DNA of 62,276 nt from Chiloscyllium plagiosum (GCF_004010195.1 NC_057719.1:53071115-53133390); one strand, 5' to 3'. Shown: positions 12,061-24,708, counted from the stretch's first letter. Notes: a model not told the origin generated them from the sequence alone. A program made the numbers and translations.

Positions 12061-13040
12061 GGACAGGATAGATGCTGAAAAGCTGAGAGAGTGTCAGCTA
12101 TCTGCAATGAGGAATTTGAGGACATTGAGTAAGAGGAACATTACATTCAGCATGACGGTGTGCAGTAGCATCAAGCACACCAAGCCAGGCGGGACTTAAC
12201 TGGCACCAAGTTCCAAAGAAAGTGTGTTGTGTGAGGTTGTTATTCATTGACAGTAAATCTGTGGTTGTTCAACAGGCAAGCTTGCTCTGCTTGTTCCCAG
12301 AAGCAAATACAGTGTTTTTGTGTTGTTTTAGTTTCTTAAGTTTGATCGAACAAGAGGAAAAGCAAATGTTTTCAACTGTCTGAATGCTTTTCAGCAGTTT
12401 TAGCAGCCACAAGATGTTACACTGCACTCAGTGCCAGGGAAAGAGTGGAACTCCTTCAGACAGGGTTCAAACATGGAATGGTGCTAAGGATAGGTCGTCT
12501 CTGCAGCTTCATTCTTACAATAGCAATTACTATGGCAGTCAATCAGTCAGCTGATGGTGTAAAGAGGCAATATCTTTACGAATGTGTTGTCTATTTCCAA
12601 TGAAGTGTTGCCTGTGTGACATGAACCCTCAGAAGCTTTTCTGTTTCATTTCCCCGTTTCTACATCTATTGTAATGGGTTTTCCTGGCTGGCTGTATTTG
12701 ACCCAGATCACAGCTGAGCTTTAAATATGCTATGGGTGGCACAAATTCCAGAAGGAGCTGGCACCGCAAAAGTCCTTCCACTGTTGATGGGCACACAGTA
12801 GCAAAAAAAATCCATACATAAGGTGAGTGGCAGAGAATCACATGAGAACTTGTGAGAGCTCTCGAAAAGAAACCCTCCACAAAACTCCCTGAGATCGACA
12901 CTTACTGATTTTTGTCAAAGTTCAGCCCTGTAAAACTTATAAGTTGTGATAGATGTTACAGTACACCAGCCAATTTATGTGTGTGTAGTTCACAAACCCA
13001 TAACAGATGAAGTGGCTGGCAGAGTGTCAACATTGCATGT

Positions 13041-13062
13041 GCACACACACACACACACACAC
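13041..13062. repeat. (CA)n microsatellite
   Basis: About 11 CA units. Confidence 0.9.
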
Positions 13063-13279
13063 ATAAACTTTCTTCAAGATAAGCAGATAAGATTCACACA
13101 TATTTCTTATCAACCTTTTTGTTTGTGTGTTTGTTTCTGGTAAGTCTATGAAGTCAGTCAGAACCCTGAAGACCCTTTGATTCTAACTCCAGAGTGGGTG
13201 AACTTTTTAGAGGATTCTGGATGCAAGGTAATTGCCCATCAGAAGCTTCAACTTTTCTGGTACTTCCTAAAGTGCTGGG

Positions 13280-13440
13280 AAGGAGATGGCTTAATGGAGT
13301 TATTGCTGGTCTGTTAGTTCAGCGACCTAAATAATATGCTCAGGACCTGGGTGCAAATCCTGCCATGGTAGATAATGTAATGTGAATCCAATTAAAATCT
13401 GGAATTAAGAGTCAAATGCTGACCACAAGTTGATTGTTGT
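13280..13440 (+). mobile_element. tRNA-derived SINE fragment (family of 43758-44102)
   Basis: GGGTGCAAATCCTGCCATGG B-box region and AATCTGGAATTAAG shared with the 43758 copy. Confidence 0.6.
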
Positions 13441-14006
13441 AACTGAATTCTTCTTTAAATCAGTGTATCATCTAACAATACATAGTGTCTAGATCTTTCA
13501 CAGAATGGTAATCATCATCAGAATGCTGCTCTATTTGAACTTTTGTCCTTCCTGAAGCTGCTCTCCTATTTTATTTTTAATCAGTTCTGCCATGCCTGGC
13601 ATCTCCAGAAATGAGAAGCAAATTTTCAATCAAACAGCTTTGTTGCTGTTCTGAGCATGGGGGAAGAACCCAACAGATTTCCTTTTTATGGCACCAGCTA
13701 CAATATGACAGGTTTAAAAGTCTAGTGTAAATATTAGTGATTGGATAACTAAATGAATGCTGAATGTTGGTGACTAGATGAATGAGAGTGGGGAGAAATT
13801 AACGAGTGTAGGGTGGGGTAAGTGGGTAAGGTAAAAGGATAGGACAACATTTAAACAGGATATTACTGGGTAGGGTGGCAGGTGGGTGAGGGAATGAGTA
13901 GGTAAGTGCATCAGAAACTCATTTCCTTTAGTTGTGGGTTAATCAGATGGCAGATGCTAGTGCTATTGGGTCGGGGGTAGCAGGATAGTGGGGTACAGTC
14001 AGATTG

Positions 14007-14070
14007 TCTGGGCTGGGAACAGTATAGTCAGGTGATCAGTCTGGGCTGGGTACAGTATAGTCAGGTGATC
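14007..14070. repeat. 33-bp minisatellite, left remnant (2 units)
   Basis: GTCTGGGCTGGGAACAGTATAGTCAGGTGATCA twice; same unit as 16541-17360. Confidence 0.9.
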
Positions 14071-16540
14071 ATAGAAAGGTACAGCAGAGAACAGGCCCTT
14101 TGGCCCATGATGTTGTCCGGAGGGTTAATCCTAATATAAAATAAAATAACAACCTACGCACCCCTCAACTCACTGCCATCCAATTGCATGTCCAGCAGTT
14201 GCTTAAATGTCCCCAATGACTCTGCTTCCACCACCACAGCTGGCAACGCATTCCATGCATTCACAACTCTGTGTAAAGAATCTTCCTCTGATGGCCCCTC
14301 TATACCTTTCTCCTAATATCTTAAAACTATGACCCCTCGTACCAGTCAATCCTGCTCTGGGGAAAGGTCTCTGGCTTGACTTTATCCATTCCTCTCATGA
14401 TCTTGTATACCTTGATCAGGTCTCCTCTCTTCCTCCTTCTCTCCAGAGAGAAAAGTCCGAGCTTATTCAAACTTTCTTCCAAAGGCTAGCCCTCCAGTCC
14501 AGGCAGCATCCTGGTAAACCTTCTTTGCACCCTCTCCTACAGTAGGACGAACAGAACTAGACACAATATTCCAAGTGTGGTCTCACCAGGGACTTGTAGA
14601 GCTGTAGCAAAACTTTGCAGCTCTTAAACTCGATCCCCCTGTTACTGAAAGCCAAAACACCATATGCTTTCTTAACAACCCTATCCACTTGGGTGGCAAC
14701 TTTGAGGGATCTATGTACTTGCACACCAAGATCCCTCTGTTCCTCCACACTGGCAAGAATCCTGTCGTTAATCCTATATTCAGCATTCGAGTTCGACCTT
14801 CCAAAATGCATCACTTCGCATTTATCCAGGTTGAACTCTATCTGCCATTTCTCAGCCTAGCTCTGCATCTTGTCTATGTTGCGCTACAGCCTGCAATAGC
14901 CCTCAATACTATCAACAGCACCTCCAACTATTGTGTCATTTGAAAATTTACTAAACTACTTCTCAACCTCCTCATCCAAGTCATTTATAAAAACTGCAAA
15001 GAGCAGAAGCCCAAGAACAGAGACCTGCACGACCCCACTCAACACTGACTTCCAGGCAGAATACTTTCCATCTACAACCACTCTCTGCCTTCTGTCAGCC
15101 AACCAATTCTGAATCCAGATAGCCAAATCTCCCTGTATCCCATACTTCCTGACTTCATGAATGAGCCTACCATGGGGATACGTATCAAATGCCTTGCTGA
15201 AGTCCAAATACACCACATCCACTGCTCGACCTTTGTTGACCTGTCTTGTCCCGTCCTCAAAGAACTCAATAAGATTTTTGAGGCATGACCTGCTCCTCAG
15301 AAAGCCATACTGACCTGCCTTTAATCATGCTATGCTTTGCCACATAGTCGAAAATGTGTTGCTGGAAAAGCGCAGCAGGTCAGGCAGCATCCAAGGAACA
15401 GGAGAATCGACGTTTCGGGCACAAGCCCTTCTTCAGGAATCTTTCCTGAAGAAGGGCTTGTGCCCGAAACGTCAATTCTCCTGTTCCTTGGATGCTGCCT
15501 GACCTGCTGCGCTTTTCCAGCAACACATTTTCAGCTCTGATCTCCAGCATCTGTAGTCCTCACTTTCTCCTTTGCCACATAGTCATAAATCCTATCCCTC
15601 AGAATTCTTTCCAAAACATGGCTGACCACAGACGGAAGACTGGTCTGTAATTGACAGGGATTTCCCTATTACCTTACTTGAAAAGAGGAACAACATTTGC
15701 CTCCTTCCAATCCTCCGGTACAACTCCCGTAGAGAGTGAGGAAGCAAAGATATTTGCCAGTGGCTTAGCAACCTCCTTTCTTGCTTCCCAGAGCAGCCTA
15801 GGATAAATCTGGTCTGGCCCTGGGGACTTATCAATCTTAATGTTTTCCAAAATTTCCAGCACATCAACTTCATCAATCTTGATCTGGTCAAGCCTGTATC
15901 CTAGCTCTTCAAAGTTCTCATTCACAATAAGGTCCCTTTCCTTACTTAAAACCGAAGCAAAAAACTCATTTAGGGCTTCCCCTATCTGCTCAAACTCCAC
16001 ACACAAGTTCCCTATGCTATCCCTGATCGCCCTATCTTCTCCCTAATTATTCTCTTATTTCTCACATATAAATAAAATGCCTTTGAGCTCTCCCTAATCC
16101 TTCTTGCCAAGCCTTTTTCGTGCCCCCCTCGGCTCTCCTCAGTCCATTTCTGAGCTCCTTTCTAGAAAGCCTGTAATCCTCTAAAGCTGTGCTAGATCCC
16201 GTGCTTATGTAAACTACCTTCTTCCTTTTGATGAGAAGCTCCTCTGTTCTCATCATCCAAGGTTCTTTAAACTTACCCCTTCTTACCTGTCTTAGAGAGA
16301 CAAATTCGTGCATCACTCGCAACAACTGCTCCTTAAATAGTCTCCACATGTCTGCTGTGCCATTTCTGTGGAACAATTGCTCCCATTCTGTACTTCCCAA
16401 CTCCTATCAGATAGCATCATAATTTCCTTTTCCCCAATTAACTATCTTCCCTCAGTAACTGCTCCTTTCCCTCTCCAAGGCTATGGTAAATGGGAGGCAG
16501 TCCTGATCACTGTCATGAAAGTGTTCTCCCACCACGAGAT
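14071..16540 (-). mobile_element. CR1 LINE, ~2.2 kb 5'-truncated and frameshifted ORF2 (reverse transcriptase)
   Basis: Minus ORFs with DKSPGPDQIYPRLL, PEDWKEANVVPLFK, DVVYLDFSKAFD, FINDLDEEV, LYKSLVRPHLEYCV; 3' UTR at the 14071 end. Confidence 0.95.
15350..15570 (+). mobile_element. Penelope-like family 1 palindromic cassette with two opposed hammerhead motifs
   Basis: 90-bp inverted arms 15350-15439 and 15443-15532 (1 mismatch), 38-nt unpaired tail, 14-bp TSD TTTGCCACATAGTC at 15336-15349 and 15571-15584. Confidence 0.92.
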
Positions 16541-17360
16541 CAGTCTAGACTGGGAGCAGAATAATCAGGTGGTCAGCCTGGGCTGGGAACAGTATAGTCA
16601 GGTGGTCAGTCTGGGCTGGGAACAGTACAGTCAGGTGGTCAGTCTGGGCTGGGAACAGGATAGTCAGTTGGTCAGTCTGGGCTGGGAACAGTATAGTCAG
16701 GTGGTCAGTCTGGGCTGGGAACAGGATAGTCAGGTGGTCAGTCTGGGCTGGCAACAGGATAGTCAGGTGATGAGACTGGGCTGGGAACAGTATAGTCAGG
16801 TGATGAGCCTGGGCTGGGAACAGTATAGTCAGGTGATCAGTCTGGGCTGGGAACAGGATAGTCAGGTGGTCAGTCTGGGCTGGGAACAGGATAGTCAGGT
16901 GGTCAGTCTGGGCTGGGAACGGTATAGTCAGGTGGTCAGTCCGGGCTGGGAACGGTATAGTCAGGTGGTCAGTCTGGGCTAGGAACAGGATAGTCAGGTG
17001 ATGAGTCTGGGCGGGGAACGGTATAGTCAGGTGGTCAGTCTGGGCTGGGAACAGGATAGTCAGGTGATGAGTCTGGGCTGGGAAACGTATAGTCAGGTGA
17101 TGGTCTGGGCTGGGAACAGTATAGTCAGGTGGTCAGTCTGGGCTGGGAACGGTATAGTCAGGTGATGAGCCTGGGCTGGGAATGGTATAGTCAGGTGGTC
17201 AGTCTGGGCTGGGAACGGTACAGTCAGGTGATCAGTCTGGGCTGGGAACGGTATAGTCAGGTGGTCAACCTGGGCTGCGAACAGTATAGTCAGGTGGTCA
17301 GTCTGGGCTGGGAACGTTATTGTCGAGTGGTCAGTCTGGGCTGAGAACAGTATAGTCGGG
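16541..17360. repeat. 33-bp G-rich minisatellite, about 25 units
   Basis: Tandem GTCTGGGCTGGGAAC(A/G)G(T/G)ATAGTCAGGTG(G/A)T(C/G)A with no spacers. Confidence 0.95.
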
Positions 17361-18704
17361 TAGTCCGACAGGAGTTGTTAAGTTGTTCCTCATATGAAGG
17401 TTGTCAGCTAGTCTTGGGCCTGAGTGGTTGTCATGGTGATTTAGGGTTATTTTGCATGAGTAAGTAAAGGTCAGTTCTGTCATTACCCAGGAGTTAATTT
17501 ATTACTGGATTCATCTCATATTTTCTGATTAACTATACAGGTATTGCCCAAAGTCTCTGACTCTAACTTTGAGACATTTCCAGAGATTCCTGGAGAGCAG
17601 GTGAACCGTCTGCCACTGTTCAAGCATCCTAGGTAATTCCCATGTTGGTCAGTGCATCAGGAATTCCAGAAGATCTTTACATTGTCAGTCATATGTCTTG
17701 TCTCCAACAATCCAGAATTAGGAGACCTGAGTTAGTGGATAAAAATGCTCCTAGTTGGCTCAACCTACACATTCCACTTCTTTTTTCCTGAAAGAAAATA
17801 CTTTTACAATCAATTAGATGGATGCAGAAAGCAATTTTAAAACTTCTCTCAAAACCATGCTCAAAATATAGTTTTGTTCACTGTATGAAATGTAAATTTC
17901 AGCAGGAGTCTAGCTACTTGTCTCAAGAAGAGAGAGCATCCTATCCATTTCTCATAGGGTCTTGTCTTGTTTCCTGCAGTGTTTTAGATACCAGCTGGAG
18001 AAGTGATGAGGTGTGTTGATAGGCATTGTCACAGTGAATGACATTTCTACAGTACCCACAGCAGTGATGAACAATCATGTCCACCTCTACTAAACCTAAT
18101 TGAAGTGACATTTCACAGCTTCGCTAATAGCCAAGTAAGGTTAGCATCAGATGTCATGTAGTATTGAAATGTTTAAGCCAAGAAAACCACAGGTTCAGTA
18201 ACTTCTGTTGGATTTATATTTCTGATCAGTATTCAATGTACATGTGGGACTGGATGAGGGCAGGATAATAGTGGAAGTTAGATAAATAAATGCTGTAAAA
18301 GGAATCAAAGATTATGCTGTAAGAGTTAGTTGTCTAGAGATGGAAAAAGTGTTGCATAGAGCATTAACACAGGCATGCACTATTTGGGCCAAATTGTCTG
18401 CTTCAGTCTTGTTTATTCTGGGCAATGTACATTCTGATAAAAGAGGTTGTGGCAAGACACAGACCACTCTGTGTTAACCTGAGACCCACTGTTACATTTG
18501 ATGTTAAAGAAGTGAAATGTCTCCCTCTAGTCCCACCACCAGCCACAATATAAATTTAAATACTTATCCAATATCAATATTTCCAATCATATACTTTATC
18601 TCAAAGTGAACTACTATAGACAATTTAGAATTAGAATGAAATTATAATCCATACAGTGTGGAAACAGGCCCTTCAGCCCAACAAGTCCACACTGACCCTT
18701 CAAA

Positions 18705-19015
18705 ACCTGAAACAAAACCGAGAATGCTGAAGAAACTCAGTTGGTCTGGCAGCATTTGTGGAGAGAGAAACAGCATTGCTCTTCTTCAGAACTGTAAGTG
18801 TTGGAAAGTACTTTTGGCAAAGGAAGAAATAGAGGGAGATGGTGCTGAGACCTTGTTCCTTTTGTTCCTCTTTCACCTCTGTCAAAAGTATAAAAACTTA
18901 TCAATTTTCTAACACCTTTAAGTCCTGAACAAAAGTCATACCAGACTTGAAATGTTAACTCTGTTTCTGACTCCAGCCTTATATGCTAAATGTCTCCAAC
19001 ATTCTCTGAGCTTGT
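18705..19015. mobile_element. Older Penelope-like terminal repeats in inverted orientation
   Basis: Left arm ...GGCAGCATTTGTGGAGAGAG...CTTCTTCAGAACT; right arm CTGAACAAAAGTC-ATACCA-GACTTGAAATGTTAAC with decayed hammerhead layout. Confidence 0.55.
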
Positions 19016-20221
19016 TTTAAAAACTGTTATCTACATTAAGTTTAGATTTTCTTTTTGAAAATCCATCAATCAGGTTTCTTTTAATGAACAGCAAAATAAT
19101 TGCTTGTGAAAATGGGCTTATTGTCAAAAATTTAAACTAGAATAAAACATGCAGTTTGAAGTAGGAATGTATCAATATTTACACTTCTAAATAACTCAAC
19201 ACAAACACACCAAATAAAAAAGAACATGTCTTGCATACTTTAATTTTGGATGAAAAAATCACTTTTGACTAATAATGGTCAGTTCTTGAAGAGAGAAAAA
19301 AAATGAAATATTCAAAACAGCTATTAGTTGGCTTCCTGGCACATGTCAACTGATTTCACTACACACAGAGAGTTGACACTAGGACTTTTGTGGATGCAGT
19401 TCATTCAGGAATTATCAAGAGTGCAAGGACTTTTCTGGAGAACAGCTTCATCTACTTTTCAAGTCTCACACTGCATTTCCAAAAGGGTCTTCTCAGAAAA
19501 GTAGAGGATGAGCTTGGTACCTTCTGTCAGTGAGCAGGCTGTACCCCAACAGATTTCCAAATTATATCCAAACAGGAAGTAACTCCTGTCAGCCATAATC
19601 TCAGGCATGTGATTTCCACCAACCAAGTCCAAGTTAATAACTTAAGCCATGTGACTTCTGAGAAGAGTCTTAAACCAAACAATGCCCCCATATCCTTTTG
19701 GTGAATTTTTGTGGAAAATAAAATACAGGTATCATTTTAGACTTTTTAAAATGAATCACTGTCCACAATCCTGCAAATACAAATCCTCAAAAATATATTA
19801 ATTATCAAGTGCCCTCATAACAATACATAACATATACTTCATAACAATATTACTCTTGAACAACCCTGAAATAAAACAATAATCTTAAATTAGGCTGCAT
19901 TAAAGTGACAATTGTAAGCTGTTCTGAAGCATGAATAAAACCACTGTGACCTGACCTGAGTTTTGTGAGCTCGGTAGCAACATAAATAGGATATCCGAAC
20001 ATATTTTGTCAAGTCATTCCCTCAAGGTAGTTCTGTCAATTAATTCACTCATGCTAATCTACATTTCCACTTCATTTAATGTATTAGGTCAACACCATTT
20101 TTTTTTCAATATCCATATTGAAAATTTCATTCTGTCCCTTCATGGCCCCTCCAACTACAAAGGTGTAATTCTTTGTAGAGAAGCTTTACTACCCACAACC
20201 TGATTTAAAAATCACTATAAT

Positions 20222-20365
20222 CTTACCAGACCACAGGGCTGCTACCTCATTATAGAGAGACAACTGGTGGTGGCTTAACCTGAGGGTCACCACACCTCAG
20301 GTGAGGGAAGAAGTTGAGAAGGTCACTCCTTCATTACAACCTCAGTCAGTGTGGGAGTTGAAGAA
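20222..20365 (-). mobile_element. SINE of a further family with an internal hairpin
   Basis: Minus strand starts at a B-box-like TTCAACTCCC; contains CCTGAGG-N9-CCTCAGG stem-loop; family assignment from recollection only. Confidence 0.5.
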
Positions 20366-20809
20366 ATGAAAAGAATGGAGCCATAATGTTCACAATCAAA
20401 CAAAATTTTAATTCCCAAAAATCAAAGAACATTAACCTCTATCTTAAATATTCAGTTATAATGAAGGTAATGACAAAACAATGAAAGCAATTATGTATAC
20501 TCTAACCAAATGGGTTACATCCATTTTCCTTCCACATTCATAAGATATGCACTCCAAAAGCCTCAAATCAGAAGCTGTTCAAAACATGGAAACCGAACTG
20601 TAATAACAATTCATTTAAAGGAAACTATTTCTTGGGTCTTCTGTTTACTTCTGGCAAGTTTGTCCCTTCAAAATTTCACAATCATTCAAAGGATGCAAAC
20701 ATTGCATTTAGCATAAGCATCACTGGCATCTTAAATATAATCACCCCAGGTAAAAGCACGTATAATATTCTAATATTATTTAATTATGGCATTGTTCATT
20801 TAAGACTCT

Positions 20810-21499
20810 TGTTATGACACAGTGTATCTATTTTAAATCGGCAACACAGAAATGATTTACCCAGTATGGCAATCTGTGAAAATTCGAGAGGCCAAGAACT
20901 ATCCCAAAGGTCACTATTTAAGGTAAAACTTAACAACTTTATTTCTTAAAGTATAACAGAGAATAATTAAGTAACAACTATTTACTACTTCTTTCTCTGA
21001 CCTATCTTTTACCTTCCCCTTCTATATTACTAGTATAAAACCCCCAATTAAGTTTTACCAAAAATTCTAACTTCAGCCAGTTGTCAAATCTTCTCTTTAT
21101 ATCTTCCTCTATCTTCTTCGGGATTTTTGTCTCACAGGTCATGATCAATAAAGGTACCTTTAAGAGATCTATTTTTCAGACAATCTGTACATGCTGGTAG
21201 CTTGGCAGTTCTCCCTCAACTATTCAATTTTTCCTGGTCATATAACCCAAAAGCATTGGATTGCGTCATTGGCTGTTAATAATGTCAATATACTAACTTC
21301 AAACTTGATTGGAGTTTGGCATTTTTCAGGGTATAATTTAAACTGATTGGCCTCATTTAAATTTGTTTCTTTTTGTCTCCAGGCAACTAACTACACTAGT
21401 TATGGGACCAAAAGGTTGCATTATATCTTGTTCAGAACACTTGGTGTTGCATCAGGTAGTTCTGCTAGCCTTTAAGGTACCCCTTACACCTTCATAACA
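20810..21499 (-). mobile_element. Solo LTR (Gypsy-like), 690 bp
   Basis: Inverted termini TGTTATGA...TCATAACA; 4-bp TSD CTCT; AATAAA on minus near 20938. Confidence 0.85.
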
Positions 21500-23063
21500 C
21501 TCTATTTCACTCTTCCTAGCTTGGCTGTATCTGAAATTCAACTTAGTGTTAACAGTGTATTTCAGTTAACAATTGCTTTATTTCTTTTCAATCTAATTTA
21601 GGTTTTGTTTGAATTGTTCTGACAATTCCCTCTGAATATTCCCTTTGCTCCAGTTCATTCTAAACTCTCAAAATGAATGACTTGAACAGAAAAATACACT
21701 TGAAACCGAGTCATATATATAACTTGCTAAGCTTTTTTTTTACTTTCAGGCAATCTGGTGAAATGATCATCTACTGGAACACAACTGTTTTTCTACAGCA
21801 GAATTTTATCTTATTTCTTAAAGGAACCATCATTGTATCATGTAAGTTTCTCTCTCAGAAAAAAAAACAAGGCTTTTGTAATATACACAGAAATGAAACA
21901 TTGCAGACCTAATTAAAAATTTTCAGAAAATTTGTCATGTTTTATTAAAGCGTATTAGCAAATCACCTCTGAAGATATTCTGTGACAGTCAGATCAAAGC
22001 AGTATGCATTTCATGATACAATGTATAATGTTTCTTCTAAGATACAGTTGTGCTCATTTAAGGCAGAACACCTTTATTTCTTCAAGCGCACATTTGGGAA
22101 AAAGCAATGTCATGGCTTTATTCTTTCGGTGGGCTTTTAAATTCCAAAATGTTTTTTCTAAAGTTCCTGGTTTCTAACAAGATATTTAAGAAAACTGTAT
22201 TGTTTAAATTTAAATTTCTGCTTGGTAAAAACAGTAGTAATTTGTTTGTCCTTTTTAAATATATTTCTGCATGTGATTATAGAAATTGTTTAGACATTGT
22301 CTGTGTGGTGCTAGTCTATAGTGCTGCAGCCATAGTAAACATAATCAGATGTTTGTATAAAATAATACGCTGTAACCTGAACAGTTAATTGCAATATTTT
22401 ATGAAACGATCAATACAATTTTTAAGTGTCTAGCAAATGCATTACCTGGAGTGTGCTAGCAGATCAATTGTATGCATGTATCACAATATGATTTAACAAT
22501 GTATTGTATGAAACATAATAAAGTATCTAGATTTTCCAAATTTGTTATTTCTGATACAATGTGAAGAAAATCAAAGTGATTTCATGAAACCTGAAGTGGT
22601 TGGATAATATTAATTTCAAAATCTTGCACATACAGTATAAAAATGAGATAGAGATTTATCATCATGAAGTACAACATGCTTGAGTACTAAGTAAGTCTGG
22701 AAATTCATGGATTTCTTTTGTGGTTTACAACTAAAGGAATACAAAGATGACAGGAATCCTGTTGGGTTCAGATTAAATCAAGTAGGACTAAATTTTACTT
22801 TCAAAAAATGACCCATAATTCATGCAGAAGGTAGGTCATAAATCATCTGTAAACTAAAAATGTTATAATTATTTTTGTGTTTGATGAAATCTACCATTTC
22901 ATAAGGTCTCTGTGAAAAGCTTTAGTTTGGTTAAAGCCTTAAGTACAATCCTGAAGATGAAAGCATAGACGTTCCACTAGAACAGAGATTTGTATTAATC
23001 CTCTAAACCAAAGATGTTAGGTCCTCTTCAAATATGTGCATTGTAAGCAGTACAAAAACTTGT

Positions 23064-23378
23064 GGGTTGCACGGTAGTTCAGTGGTTAGCATTGCTGCCT
23101 CACAGTGCCAGGGTCCCAGGTTTGATTCCAGTCTTGGGCAACTGCCTGTGTGGAGTTTGCACATTCTTCCCGTGTCTGCATGGCTTTCCTGCCGGCTGCT
23201 CCGGTTTCCTCCCACAGTCCAAAGATGTGCAGGTCAGGTGAATTGGCCATGCTAAATTGCCCATAGTGTTAGGTGCATTAGTCAGAGGGAAATGAGTCTG
23301 GCTGAGTTACTCTTCAGAGGGTTGGTGTGGACTTGTTGGACCAAAGGGCCTGTTTCCACACTGTAGGGAATCGAACTT
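23064..23378 (+). mobile_element. HE1-like V-SINE, full length
   Basis: Head, V-domain and tail colinear with 4396-4691. Confidence 0.92.
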
Positions 23379-24708
23379 AAAATATGAAGGCAATGCAATG
23401 ACAAATTATTGAGATGTTGTATTATCATCTATCCTCAAACAAAAACTTGGATTTGTATAGTACTGTCTTAAGTACTAAAATAACTATAATTTACTGGATT
23501 GCACAATAAAACATAGAGCTCAAGTGGAAGGTATGGTCAAGGGCATAAATTTTGAAAATGATTTCGAAATAAGAGAAGGTGAAAATCAGCATGGTTCAGT
23601 CAGTGAATACAGTCATCCACTGAATACAGAGACAAAACCAGAAAATAGGATAAATAGGTAGGAAAGGCTAGCTTCTTCTGTGTCATTCGATAATTGCCAT
23701 CTACTCATAGTCAGCTCCTTGTCTCCAGAATAGGGTATTGCAAACTGCTGGACTCTTACCCCAGGTTTGCAGATTGGATATTCTCATTTAAAGGCCACCC
23801 TCCATCCCCACAGGGATCTACCAACTAACTACATTCAAGGATTTCATCTCACCAGTCAAACACAACCTCCCACCAAATTTGGGATCAAACATACCCCGTT
23901 TAATATGGTCAAACATGGGCAAGGACATCACCTGCTGATTGCTACCACTACTTACCCCATCATTCATACACACACATACTCTAATGACTAAGCTGGCAAT
24001 GTCCTAAATAAATTTACTGCTAGACTGGGTCAATGGGACGTTGGGAAGGAACCAACAAAAAGGAAGAAACTGAATAAACTTGTCCTTATCGATCTACCTG
24101 TTGCAGATGCATTTGTCCATGACAATATCAATATGAGTTTCCAAAGCAGAGACCCAACTTTACCTTGCAGATATCATTCATCTTACTGTGTGTACTATAA
24201 CTGTGATAAATAGGATGGATTTTAACAGATCTACCAACTCAAAACTGAGCATCCATGAGGTGCTGTAGGTCATCAATAGCAGTAGAACTCTTTGCAACCA
24301 CAATTTGTAGTAACATGGCCAGGCATTTCCCCCACTGTACACTTACCAACAAGTCAGGAAACCAGCCTTGGTTTAATGAAGTGTGCAGGAAGGCATTCCA
24401 TGAGGAGCACAAGGCATACTTAAAAATTAGTTTTCAATTGGGTGAAACTGCTTCTAAGTTCAGACAGTCCAGAAGAAATATATAATAAATTGGGCTCAGC
24501 ATTGTCACATCCAAAAGCTCAGGTCTAAACTTTGTAATCCTGTCACATATAGCCATAAACAATTAAACAACTAACAGCAGGAGGTTCTACTACAACCCCA
24601 CAGCTCATGACCTCATTACTGTCTTAATCCAACGGGGACAAAAGAGCTAATATCCAGGGGTGGGTTGAGAGTAATTGCTTTTGTTATCAAAGCAGTACTT
24701 GATAGACT

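Larger units (their letters stand above)
8971..12928 (+). mobile_element. Decayed PIF/Harbinger DNA transposon (putative extent; may be two fragments)
   Basis: Termini GGGCTGAA (8971) and TTCAGCCC (12921-12928) with degenerate subterminal inverted similarity (TCTAACAAGTTCTC vs TCTCACAAGTTCTC on the reverse complement); contains Myb/SANT and transposase relics; no clean TWA TSD. Confidence 0.55.

Noticed and set aside
15350..15570. MITE or pre-miRNA interpretation of the palindromes
   Set aside because: Asymmetric tail, 13-16 bp TSDs, single-arm copies and linkage to GIY-YIG/RT relics indicate Penelope-like retroelements
16368..17344. 204-aa and 71-aa ORFs with VVSLGWEQYSQ repeats as a repeat protein
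   Set aside because: Translation of a 33-bp (3n) minisatellite; starts inside an antisense LINE and contains a stop and frameshifting indels
16541..17360. CRISPR array
   Set aside because: Units are head-to-tail with no unique spacers, no cas genes, and the context is vertebrate-like
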